A DNA stretch of 64,000 nt, from contig NC_087246.1 of assembly GCF_037042905.1 (NCBI RefSeq), forward strand, positions 57,288,001 to 57,352,000. Reading direction: 5' to 3'. A program made the translations under genes and the position numbers. The notes under the pieces are model-generated. The model ran no database searches. It saw only the letters and a program-made list of their open reading frames with translations, and was not told the DNA's origin. Source of the DNA: Lytechinus pictus. Taxonomy: Eukaryota. Below, one piece after another: positions 38,001-48,200 of this stretch (the stretch's first letter is position 1; every line of letters starts with the position of its first letter).

Positions 38001-38954
38001 TATTACTATGTATGTTTAATGGGCACCTCTCAAAACATAGAGAGGGTGTATGCCCCTTAACATACCTTGTTGTGGGCGTAAAGTTTTACCTAAAAAAACT
38101 TGTTTGCCTTGTACCCTTTCCTGGATCCACCATGTGTATATACTGGTGTTGTCATCCAGACAAGAGATAACAATGTTCAGGGTTCATATTTCGCGGTGGC
38201 ACTTACATCCTGCATCAATACATTGATGCAATTCTCTCCACTCAACCCAAGTGAGGTAAATGGGTACCTGGCAGAATTTATTCCTTGAAATACTAGAGCT
38301 ACCTTATTGACAGCTCTGCCAAAAATGGGGTAATAATTGAGGAATGTCAGACACGAGAACTATTACTATTGTTATCATGTGTTTTGAAATCACAGTATTC
38401 ATGAGAAAATGAACTCTCTTCAATAAAAGATAGTGATATTTTTATGCCTCTGTCCAACAAAGAAGGTCTCTCTCTTCTATCTCTCCTCTCTTTGCTCTCC
38501 ACTGCTCATCTCTTGCTCTCTCCTCTGTTTGTCTGTCTGTCTCTATCTTTCCCTTATTAATTTCATTATTCACTCTGTGTTCCTTACAGATCATAAGGTA
38601 GGATCATCCACTGTCAAGCAGCAGGCTACATCATCTACCGATGTCAAGCATTCTAAGGTGACCAGCTCTGATCGCAAACGAGCATCGTCTCCACCATCCT
38701 CCAAGTCTCAGCCACCATCAAAGGCTCTGAAGCCTGCCCTCAAGCCTGCCCTCAAACCAGCCCTCAAACCGGCAGCCAAACCAGCTCCCAAACCAGCTCC
38801 CAAACCAGCTCCCAAACCAGCTCCCAAACCAGCCGCCAAACCAGCCACTAAACCAGCTGCCAAGAAGGAATCCATTTCCAGGAGAGAAGAGATCCTGAAG
38901 CAACTCCAGGCTGTCGAAGACCTCATCAGGAAGAAGAAATCCAAGATGAAGTAA
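21662..38954 (+). CDS. ZC3H18: Zinc finger CCCH domain-containing protein 18; 13 coding exons, 4629 nt, 1542 aa
   Basis: All GT-AG introns are phase-compatible. Recognisable ZC3H18 blocks: DDDMEEGEVKDP, CRFYTRGQCFWGNSCRFIHPGINDKGNYSLI, ESAWERGLRHA, DSWQDPWAR, RS tracts, KEIKLNLISK and C-terminal SRREEILKQLQAVED. Confidence 0.93.
23328..25545. mobile_element. 2.2-kb non-autonomous hAT element in a ZC3H18 intron
   Basis: TIR CAGGGTTG / CAACCCTG; perfect 8-bp TSD GGTGTACT (23320-23327, 25546-25553); arrays of AAAACGTTTT-like subterminal repeats at both ends; no transposase ORF. Confidence 0.85.
24221..24943. mobile_element. piggyBac-like non-autonomous element nested in the hAT element
   Basis: TTAA at both sides; right end ...ATAGGG-TTAA; left end degenerate (CTCT). 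Confidence 0.5.
26771..27040 (+). mobile_element. PIF/Harbinger-type MITE family F, copy 1
   Basis: TIR GGCCCCGTCTT / AAGATGGGGCC; 3-bp TSD CTG; homologous to 42755-43019 and 62902-63161. Confidence 0.8.
27164..27308 (+). CDS. ZC3H18: ZC3H18 coding exon 2 (CCCH zinc finger)
   Basis: DDDMEEGEVKDP...CRFYTRGQCFWGNSCRFIHPGINDK; donor GTGAGT; phase 0 to 1. Confidence 0.95.
28353..28471 (+). CDS. ZC3H18: ZC3H18 coding exon 3
   Basis: (G)NYSLIDRRE...PPPPE; donor GTAAGA; phase 1 to 0. Confidence 0.9.
29262..29345 (+). CDS. ZC3H18: ZC3H18 coding exon 4
   Basis: EEEEFLPPPPEEPRQESAWERGLRHARE; donor GTGAGA. Confidence 0.92.
30006..31135. mobile_element. Kolobok/T2-type MITE related to family A, carrying a nested family B element
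   Basis: TTAA TSD; AGGAGAATG / CATTCCCCT ends; shares the GATCACTAATGCTATGGAGATCCTC block with family A. Confidence 0.8.
30233..30812. mobile_element. Kolobok/T2-type MITE family B, copy 1 (nested)
   Basis: TTAA TSD; AGGGATGGTC / GACCATCCCT; homologous to 51894-52462. Confidence 0.85.
31753..31898 (+). CDS. ZC3H18: ZC3H18 coding exon 5
   Basis: LRKKAMELKEK...DKENE...DDPY; donor GTAAGT; phase 0 to 2. Confidence 0.85.
32504..32630 (+). CDS. ZC3H18: ZC3H18 coding exon 6
   Basis: QGEVYPQEQY...VQQD; donor GTGAGT; phase 2 to 0. Confidence 0.8.
32866..33278 (+). CDS. ZC3H18: ZC3H18 coding exon 7
   Basis: FNDPRRRMMNQG...DSWQDPWARNKSP...; donor GTAAGT; phase 0 to 2. Confidence 0.88.
33817..34113 (+). 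CDS. ZC3H18: ZC3H18 coding exon 8 (RS tract)
   Basis: SSRSRSRSDSRSRS...KPIP; donor GTGAGT; phase 2 to 2. Confidence 0.85.
34757..34964 (+). CDS. ZC3H18: ZC3H18 coding exon 9
   Basis: SSKPTQSQQQ...GSDKQ; donor GTATGC; phase 2 to 0. Confidence 0.8.
35396..36477 (+). CDS. ZC3H18: ZC3H18 coding exon 10 (RS tracts, RPGxP repeats)
   Basis: Acceptor cacag; includes SVSSADSENMYANLASPVSSASS; donor GTAAGT; phase 0 to 2. Confidence 0.88.
35615..35821 (+). repeat. Coding 15-bp repeat (RPG[A/Q/P][S/P/V] pentapeptide, about 13 units)
   Basis: Translation RPGASRPGASRPGQPRPGQVRPGQVKPGQPRPGPPRPGPP... Confidence 0.8.
36966..37086 (+). CDS. ZC3H18: ZC3H18 coding exon 11
   Basis: MRERGPP...RKEIKLNLISK; donor GTATGG; phase 2 to 0. 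Confidence 0.85.
37640..37724 (+). CDS. ZC3H18: ZC3H18 coding exon 12
   Basis: PSDESKKRPAD...APER; donor GTAAGT; phase 0 to 1. Confidence 0.8.
38170..38345 (+). mobile_element. SINE remnant
   Basis: Core CACTCAACCCAAGTGAGGTAAATGGGTACC shared with 60640-60860 (-) and 62300-62600 (+). Confidence 0.55.
38590..38954 (+). CDS. ZC3H18: ZC3H18 last coding exon
   Basis: Acceptor ttacag; KPAP repeats, then SRREEILKQLQAVEDLIRKKKSKMK stop. Confidence 0.9.
38729..38864 (+). repeat. Coding 12-bp minisatellite (KPA[L/A/P/T], about 11 units)
   Basis: Tandem AAACCAGCTCCC-like units. Confidence 0.85.
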
Positions 38955-41900
38955 AGCTCATCTCCTTTCTCTTTCCTTGTGCTCTTCTCTCCCTGTTCAT
39001 CCTGAATTCTGTATTAACTACATGTATCAATATTCTCAATCATATACCGATTGGCATGATTTGAGCAGGGCGATAGCTGTTACTATTAACCTACTAAAAA
39101 TTAATTGGTATATAAAACACTGACTGCAATTTTATTTCCGGCAATAGTAAAAGCCACTGCCCGCAATAATCAAGTGACTTTGGGGGCGACGGTTTTTACT
39201 AAAGCCCTCTTGAGTGGTCAATATTTTTATACTAATCTCCTATGAAAATACATGTACATCTTGCAGCCTCTTTCACAAACTGAAATGTGACTGCAAGTTG
39301 CACTCAAATTCCCAATTGCAAACAATATATATACTACATTACTGCTTTGGTCAGAATGAGTTCACTGACAAGCATCATTACTGCTTTACAATTTACGATC
39401 TTACACAATCCGTATGCTCTATGCATTGATATAATTAAAGCATAAATCACACATTACTCTGTGAATTTACCTCCAATACATATTAATGACAAGTCATCCC
39501 AAATGTATTGTTACTAGAGTGTTTATTTACTCGCCATTGTGCAGTCTGTCAATTTGAATATATTTTACTGTGTTTTGATACCACAGTGTGGTCAATCTTG
39601 TTCACTTCTTCAGCATTTGTATAACATGTCTGGCTAAGATTTTTTTTTTTAAATCATGACCAAAGTATTGGCAAATCGATAAGTCTCGCTGTACCTTCTT
39701 AATTGCATTTTGCAAGTTCTGCAGAATTAAGGAATTACATAAATGTAGGATTATTAGGGGTGCAGTGTAGAACATATGGAAGGGGTCATTTGCTTGTGTG
39801 TCTATTAAGAAAAAAATGGTTATCTAGATAGACTTGTCATGCAGTCATGCTGCTGTTATTTTGATAACTCTTCTAAAAAGCCAGAGATTTTTGGATATCT
39901 TATTCTTGACATTTTATTTGTCTTTACAGTTTAAGAACTTCCAGGTCCGTTCTCCATTCTACAATTCTACAATTAATTTTAGATTAAATTTATGAATAAA
40001 TGCCTATTTACTCTGCTGTGTAATAAAGAAAGATGTGTGAAATAATTGGATTTGAAACAACAATAGTTTTTTTTCTAGAATATATTATTCATGAAACTTC
40101 CTTTAATCACTAATTACTGATTAAAACATGTTTGTCGAATAGCTCTAATGTTTATCAATTAAAAGAAAAAACCCAAACATTAAGCAGTCATATGTGCATA
40201 AAATGTACAACCAAGTATGTATGTGTAGGTATTTCTTGTATTTTTTGCTATTTCTTTTTGAAAGAGAAGGCTGCTGAAAAGAAAATTTAGCAGTGTAAAT
40301 AAGAATATTTGCAGAAGTAATGCTAAATCATTTGGTTTTCTTTTTTTTTCTTCACGAAATGCTCGTTACAAGTAATTTTTTTCTTGATATGTCACATTTT
40401 AGACAGTATTTTCTGTCAATCACGAAAACTTATTGGTAGATTTCTTAAGCAATATTTCTTAGACAATGTTCTTAGTTGATGTATTAAATCAAGAATTAAC
40501 CAATTTTATTAAACATAATTAGAAGAGAAATTCCAAGATGTTCAGCAACACTTGCAGTGTACATTTGAAATATGTGTACATATTATTAGATCTTCTCGAT
40601 ACATGTAGCTGCAGTTTTTCAAAAGCTGTCTTGCTTTAGACTTTTTGTGTCATTAACTTGTGCATACCACTTTGAATGCAATCATGTTATGCTAATGGCA
40701 TGTGTGTTAGCTTGGGAAAAATATTTTCTGAACTGGATCTATTTTCTCCCTAGTTTGTTTGAGCCAATGACACTATATATTGTTGAACCCAGAAGCAATT
40801 TTCAGTGGTAAGGCCCATGAAGTCTTTTGCAACTTTTGAGCTTTAAAAAAAAGGTGGTAGGGCTAGTGTATGTCCTAAAGCTGTTATGGTATGGATATAA
40901 AGTATTAAAAAAATACAAATGTATTATTGGATGTATTATGTGATTTTACTTTAAAATTTATTTTGGTTGGGATCCATAACAGATATAACTGCTGTTTATT
41001 TCTAAAGGTAGCTCCATTTTATTTCTTTAAGGTATAAACCATTTCTCACTCATGGAATGGGCCAAACATTTCATGATATTGTTTTCAGCTTTCTGATAAT
41101 CTATGTATTCAGCTTTCTGATAAAGTATCCTCAAAGATAAAATACCAATTGTCAAAGTGATTCAATGGATGAATGCAATTTGATGGTCTCTACTTTTGTA
41201 AGATTTGACTGTTAAAATGAATGATTCACAATTATACATGGTTTAACAGTGAGTTTCTTGTGTGAAATATGATTTCCATAGTGATATACACTAGGTACAT
41301 TACTACACTTTGCGATACTGCAGTCGAGGTAACGGGAAATTTACTTACCAGTGAAGTTATCAAGTACTCTGAATTGATCAGTTTTGTGACGAACTTAATA
41401 AGTGAATATTATCAGTTGAATACCGGTACTGACCAAAGTCATGTACATGTTTAACTATAGTTTCTTGATTTTTCAGGGACATGTATCTTAGGCATTGCCT
41501 TGATGCTATTATTGGTGAAGGGCTGTGTGTCATTTACTTTGTATATGCTGCAAGTTTGTCAAAGACCAGTCTTACTGAAAGAAGTTTTCATCATGGTATA
41601 ATAATCAGTGTAGATTTGATTTGAAATGAAAGTACATGAAGCATTAACACTTGTTAACTTTAAACTGATTTTGATACCACAATTGTGTAGTGCTATAATG
41701 CTGTAAAAGTAATGCCTAGTACAAAATATAGTTATTTGAGTTCATTGATGCATCGTGGTTATGTACAATGTAAATAAAATCTATGGTGTTAGACTGTATC
41801 TTTAAGTGTTAGAAATAAACCATGGAGTTTGATTAGACACCAAATAGTAATGATATATATCAAATCAAATAACACTAATGGGTGTTGAACTAACACCATA

Positions 41901-42650
41901 ATTTCAACACTGGTGTAAAATACTTGGTGTGGTCTTCTTATTAACACCAACTGATAATACTTTTCCATACCACTGTTTTTACTAACCCTGTGCCAAGGCT
42001 CCACACTAACCTTTTTTCTTGTGGCCCGATCAGTCCACCAAAATCATCCACTTTATATTTTTGGTGGCCCTGAAACAATAGACAACATTACAATTTATCA
42101 ATATGTTGGTAGCCTGACGGGGCATCAAGTGTGGATTTTTGCAAAATTTTGGTGGCCCTACTCTCAATTTAGGTTGCCCCGGGCCACTGCTAATGTCGAG
42201 TCCTGTCTGTGCTGTTCCTTATTTTTTGCAGTATTTTATCCTTCTTTATTACAGGTTTCATGAAAAATTCTCCCTTTTGTATTATAGTCATAGATGCCTA
42301 TCGCAGAAAATTCGAAATATCGTTTTCCAGCCAAAATACTTTAACATGGTTTGCATCCTTGTTATTGCATCTTTAGTCCAATGTTATTGTAATGGTTTGT
42401 CATTGCAATGTAATCAGTGATTTTATAGAGGGAATTTTGTCTCTTTAGATTTTCACTAACCACCAGGCGAATCAGTATGTTTTTGATGTCTTTAAGAATG
42501 TCTTGTTTGTTATTATGCATTGTTGTGATTCACCTGTTATTTTATGAAATTGAAGAAATGAAAATGAATGAAGTCATGCAATCTTGCTGGTATAAATTGT
42601 ACACTGTATTATAATGATGATATTGCAGGCATCTATGGACACAATGTATG

Positions 42651-42656
42651 AATAAA
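42651..42656 (+). terminator. Candidate distal ZC3H18 polyadenylation signal
   Basis: AATAAA at the end of a 3.7-kb TE-poor stretch after the stop codon; other AATAAA sites exist upstream. Confidence 0.3.
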
Positions 42657-42754
42657 TGTTCCTTCACTTTTGAGAGAAAAGAAAAGAAGTCTTCAAGGTG
42701 TGCTCATTCATTTGTTTGCTCTGTATCCTTCCTGCCCTGATCAGTAGAATTTAG

Positions 42755-43019
42755 GGCCCCGTCTTACAAAGAGTTACAATTGATCCGATCAACCACAACT
42801 ATGGAAAGCCAGCAACGTCAAAATGCATGATGGTTCAAAATATTTTCTAGATGTGATGTATAATCATACATTCATTGTTTTCTTAAAAATTCAGTGTGCT
42901 TATCTTTGTTTATACAGGATATTGTGCAAATTTCCTGTAGAAAAAAAATTATGACATTGATGGATTTCCATACAGTTGTGGTTGATTGGATAAATTGTAA
43001 CTCTTTGTAAGACAGGGCC
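42755..43019 (+). mobile_element. Harbinger-type MITE family F, copy 2
   Basis: GGCCCCGTCTTACAAAGAG / CTCTTTGTAAGACAGGGCC; TSD tag/cag. Confidence 0.8.
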
Positions 43020-43034
43020 CAGAAGTGACAAATA

Positions 43035-43469
43035 AGCCAGTTCGTAGTTCCACTCTGCGCACGATCAGAAGATTCTGCGCATGATCAGAGGAAGGTCATT
43101 TGTACAAAAGTGACATGGTTTAAAATTTAATGAGATAAGCACCATCCTTGATGTCTTGATCTTTCATATATTCTTTTGAATTGTGCCTTTCATTTACATC
43201 CACAACAATGCGTCCACGAACGACTGGTATTTCAGTTTGCCAAGTACATTGTACAACATGCTATAATATGCATTCAAAGTAGAAATGCAACAAATACCTT
43301 CATAGAGCGTTCAATGGTGTGCTATTCTAGTCACGTTGTCTTCAATTTCTTCATCCTGCTATGTAAGGCATCCTTACATAATATCTTGCTTTGAAATCTG
43401 CCTATCTCAATGAAAGAAATGAAAGGTAATTTGACCAAAATTGTCCATGAAGTAACTACGAACTGGTCT
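43035..43469. mobile_element. Unclassified MITE
   Basis: Inverted termini CCAGTTCGTAGTT / AACTACGAACTGG. Confidence 0.55.
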
Positions 43470-44699
43470 TTAGACATCAATCTTGATACTGTTACATAAA
43501 ACAAACAATGATATAATTAAGCACTACTGTAAGTCGTTGACAAACCATGTACAAAAAGTTACACTCGGTTGAAAAATATTATTTTTTGTGTACGTTTCCT
43601 TGTATTACACCCCAAGGTTTAATCTAAGTGCGTCATTTATTGGATCTTTTGCAATGAACTTCATAATCTTTCAAATGCATTTAACATAATTATGTGATTT
43701 AGAATTATAGGCAAAATTATTGCTAAGGTTAAAATATTGAAAAGAATTGAAATGGTCCATTCATAACGGTTGTATGTATTGTTTCGGTGAATGTTTGTTT
43801 TCCTTGTGAGTAGGCCTAATTTGCAGGTGCTGTCATGGGGCAAGGGACAGCACCCTTCCCTGTGATTGTATAGTAGTGAAAAGCAGTGGCATAATGAGCC
43901 TGGCAAAACTTTCAACATTTTTACTACAAATTTGTAATAGATTTTTGTCATTTGTGTTCAGAAAATAATATATTTGATCCTTCTCTCTTTCCTTTCCTTT
44001 GCTTTACTCTTTCTTTCTTGGTTGTGAAAAGATTTTTTTTTGGTGGGGGGGTGTCACCAAGCCCCCCTATCTGTATGCCACTGGTGAAGAACTGAAAAAA
44101 AGAGAAAAGGAACAAAAAAAGAAAAGGGGTAATAAAGAGAGATCTAGGGCCTTGTAATTCTATAGTACCCCTATTATTCAATTGAGAGAAAATGACATCA
44201 GCTGAAAGTCATCTTGCTCCTCTAACAAAAAAAATCATAGCACTGCCCCTGTACATGTATTTACAAATTTTTTTAATGAATGACATGAATGACTGATATT
44301 ACATCCCTCAAATTTTCCATCTTAACTCTATTTCATTCCCGCATCTGTATAAAAATATTTCCCTAGCTGTAACAATAAGTCAGAGCATGCGCATCAAATG
44401 ATGAGTTGGTGATTGATAAGTCAAGATATGTTGGATAGGCCCAAAATTCATCAAAAAGTGAGGGAACATATATTGCGTTATCACCTCACTCTTCGCATAT
44501 ATATATTTTAATAAAATGTGAGGTGTTTTCCACTGGTTCATATTGAATTATGTTGACTGTCAAGCACGTATTCGCTTAATATTTAAAGTTCAAAATGGGG
44601 CACTTTTTGTACAAGGGGGCACAATGCTTTAATTATTATTTTTTGTTTTTACTATTAAGGTAGCTAGGGGAAGGGCATTGAGAGGAGGGGGTTAGTAAT

Positions 44700-45014
44700 T
44701 TCACCCTGCAACTTTATCCTGAGAGATTGGTCGTAAAGGGGGCGTGGTCGCCCGGGGGAAGGGTGTGGCCGAGGCCCCTGAGTCGAGGGCGCGGCGAGGA
44801 TCGCATGCGGGACCGGACCTGGGGCCCGCGTGCGAGGACCAGGGGCTGGGAGCGGCCAGCAGAGCTACATGTGAAGAGGATGGGCTGCGCTGGGATTCAC
44901 GAAGCGATGACGCCGCCTCGGTAAAATGGCATCTCATTAAACATAGTCTGATCCACGAGCAGGAAAAATGTCCGAAAGCCGGTCATGTTCAAAGCAGATT
45001 CGATGGTAATCTAA
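44700..45014 (+). promoter_or_regulatory. GC/CpG-rich promoter and 5' UTR region of the sorting nexin gene
   Basis: Sharp rise in GC and CpG content directly upstream of exon 1; GC-box-like GGGGCGTGG. Confidence 0.6.
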
Positions 45015-45207
45015 ATGACCATAATGGCTGCTCCAAGTCCGAAGAAAAAGATCGAATGCGACATCAGTATCGACGACCCAGTCAGTTCAGCCACGTCGGA
45101 TAGTGAGCTTGGCGATGAAGATTTAGATTTGGAGTTCAATGGACATTTAACTCTGCAGAGTCCAACAGATGATGATGGAACTCTTATCGGGGTGCGTTCG
45201 GGCATTG
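45015..45207 (+). CDS. SNX21: SNX21-like coding exon 1
   Basis: MTIMAAPSPKKK...SDSELGDEDLDLEFNGHLTL...; donor GTGAGT; phase 1. Confidence 0.7.
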
Positions 45208-48200
45208 GTGAGTTGATTTTCCGCTTAGTTGCTGGTGGCTGTGCTGTGGCTGACTAAGTGTATTATTACACTAATGAGTCATCTCAACAGATGTATGAGA
45301 AATTTTTGGCCTTATGATATTTTTCACTTCTCTTTGTGTGTGTATTTTACTGCTTTCTTCTGATGCTGCAATTGCTCTAATGGTATGATGGTGGGCCCCA
45401 AGTCTGCGCACCTAACAATTTGAGTTAAGATTTCACATGGATTTCTTATTTCACAAAATCTTTCAGTTAATAAGGTTCCTTAAATTATCATGAGTACTAA
45501 GTGTACCAAATTTCTCATTGAAAAATGAAAGAAAATATAGGATTTTCTTGAAAAAACCTCGGGCAGTCATTTTCAGATTGAAAAAAAAACGGTAGGCTAC
45601 CCCATGTCTGCGCACTCATTCACTTTGCACACGATTCAGGGATTTTGATGAGAAAGGCTGCATTTTGAGGCCGTCACATGAAATGCCCAAATTTCATCAT
45701 TTTTCCACCATTTTGAGTCAGATTTTTTAATGAATACCTGTCTATGTATTGCATGTGTAAAGTCTGTGTTCATTGCGTATCTTCTTTTACTAGAATCGCG
45801 CAAATACGCGTGTGCGCAGACAAGGGGGACTGCGCAGACTTGGGGGAACTTGCCATAATAATAAAGCGGTGCATGCGCTCCTGCCATGTCTGAGTAGCCA
45901 GGAGGCTCCTAGACTAGAGAGTAAAAAACATTTACTAACGTATGCTTACTCTCAACGGAGCCAGGAATTGCTTCCCATTCATCTGCATGTACCGCCGAAA
46001 AACCTTAAACTTTCGCCCCCACGATTTCTACTTCTAAAAGATCTAGCCCTAAATGTATGTACATGGGATACAACTTCATTTCTGACATTTCTACGAGTAC
46101 GATATTGATTTCATTTTTAAACTAAAATTCATTCAAAAAACAAGAAAAATGTTATGAAAAGACTGGGAAAACTTGCCACCGTGTTTACGTCGCCATCTCG
46201 ATTTCATTGTCTTTCGCTTGGCGACAGCATGCGAACCGCGCGGTTTGCGTGCTGTCGCCAAGCGAAAGACAATGAAGTAAATTTACAGCTTTACAGTAGT
46301 TCAGTCTTTGTTTTGTCAGTGTTTCTGCTAGACTGCTTCTCTTGCTTAACTAATGTTACACCACTCACACTAGTGCGAGGTTAGTATTAGTATACTAACC
46401 TTGCACCATGAACCGCGTTTGGCAGTGGATTTTGAACTAGTGGGTCGCGCATGCTGTGACGCCACTTCTGGCGTCCATAGCACACAACTTCTATGGCTTG
46501 ATTTTTCTGTGCGCGGCGTCATGTAATGAACCCGTGAATGCTCCATGGACTGAAGTCATTATTACACTCTGTACAGGGCACAAAAAGTGTTCTTGATTTT
46601 TACCATTAATTTAGCATTTTTCATTTACAAAATGGTCTATGAATGTTTGTAACTTAGCTTTGAAAATAGATTTAAAGTTACCATCACCTCATTGAAATTT
46701 GATTTAGGCCTATTCATAATTTTTTTTTGGTGGGGGGTACCCATAGGTATCTTGTATTTCATTCAAAGTTATTGAGCCTACAGTTGACTGTAGCCTTTGT
46801 ACACATAGGGCTGTTTTGCTCATCATCTAATATAGTCAAGGTATTGATGAGTGGCCCAGCTGTACATGCATGCACTGGAAAATTGGTCTTTATTACAGAT
46901 ATGGTGGCAATGGAATATCCATGCATCACATATATTCTTTAGAATATACATGTACTGTAAATTGGAAAGAAGTTTTACCACAATCCTCCAAAAATTTATT
47001 AATCATAATAATGTATTTACTATCTACATGTATATAGAGCTTAATACACTGTGTTTCTAAGCGCTTTACAACAAAAAAATTAAAGGAGAATGAAACTCTT
47101 GGAGCAAGTTAGCTTTTGTGAAAGCAGAAAAATCAAAGAATAGGATCAACAAAAGTTTGAGTAAAATAGGTCTAGCAATAGAAGAGTTATGAGCATTTGA
47201 ATGCCGAGATCACTAATGCTATGGAGATCCTCCCATTGGCAATGCGACCAAGATCTATGATGTCACAGATGAACAACTCTCCCCTTTTGGACACTGAAAA
47301 TATACCCAAAAACATCTCTTTTTGCTCATTCTAATCATATGACAAACGATTCATCAATGATATAATGTTGTGAAACCTCTGTACTTGTCCTCTCATAGAG
47401 AGAAGACCTCACCTTGTGATAGACTCTATAAAAGTGAGAATATAAGTGAAATAAGTACTAAAGTAATGAGGGAGTTGTACGTGTGTGACATCACAGATCT
47501 TGGTCGCATTGCCAATGTGAGGATCTACATGGCATTAGTGATCTCAATATTCAAATGCTCATAACTTTCTTATTATTCATTCAATCTTTCTCAAACTTTC
47601 AACAATGTGTTTCTTTGATTTTTCTCTTTGATATGGATTCAGCTGGTTTCAAGGGTTTCATTCTCCTTTAAGTAGGAGTGGGCTATAAATGGGTGATTTT
47701 TTGTTTTACTGTGGGAACAGTTTTTTTGTGTTCCTTTTACCTTATCTCAACATGAAATGACAATATTTTTTGTCTCGGGTCCGAGAAAAAAGTGTGCCGG
47801 GCCAAAATCCAAAATGGCCGCCCAAACCCCCCAAAATCACAGTTTTGGCCACAACTTTTTTATTTGGTGGTCATTTTCTCTGGTTTTGGTGTCTATTCAT
47901 ATGTTTTGGGGGGCAGGCAATTCGTTTTTCCTATAATTAGTACTTTTAAACCATTATTTTTAGAGTTAAAAGGTTATACCTAAATTTTCCCATTTTTGTA
48001 GCCTTTTTTCAGCCAAAAAGTGGGTTTTATCATCCTGGGGTTCTGGGATATTAGATGGTACGAGGTCAACAATAGCAAGCAGCTTCATGTAGCTATATTG
48101 CTTTTATTCCTCCACTTTGGGTTTTACGGATATTTGTGAAATATATCTTATCAAATAAAAGAAAATGTCATTTATCCATATACAATGCACTGTACATACT

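Noticed and set aside
38708-38944. Antisense GLGAGLGA / WFGSWFGS repeat ORFs
   Set aside because: Shadow frames of the KPAP coding minisatellite.
44968-45009. 13-codon uORF ending 5 nt before the SNX21 ATG
   Set aside because: Cannot tell whether it is inside the transcript; short ORFs like this are common by chance.
44701-45103. Overlapping 65-119 aa ORFs upstream of SNX21
   Set aside because: Expected by-product of a GC-rich promoter; mostly non-ATG starts and no recognisable product.
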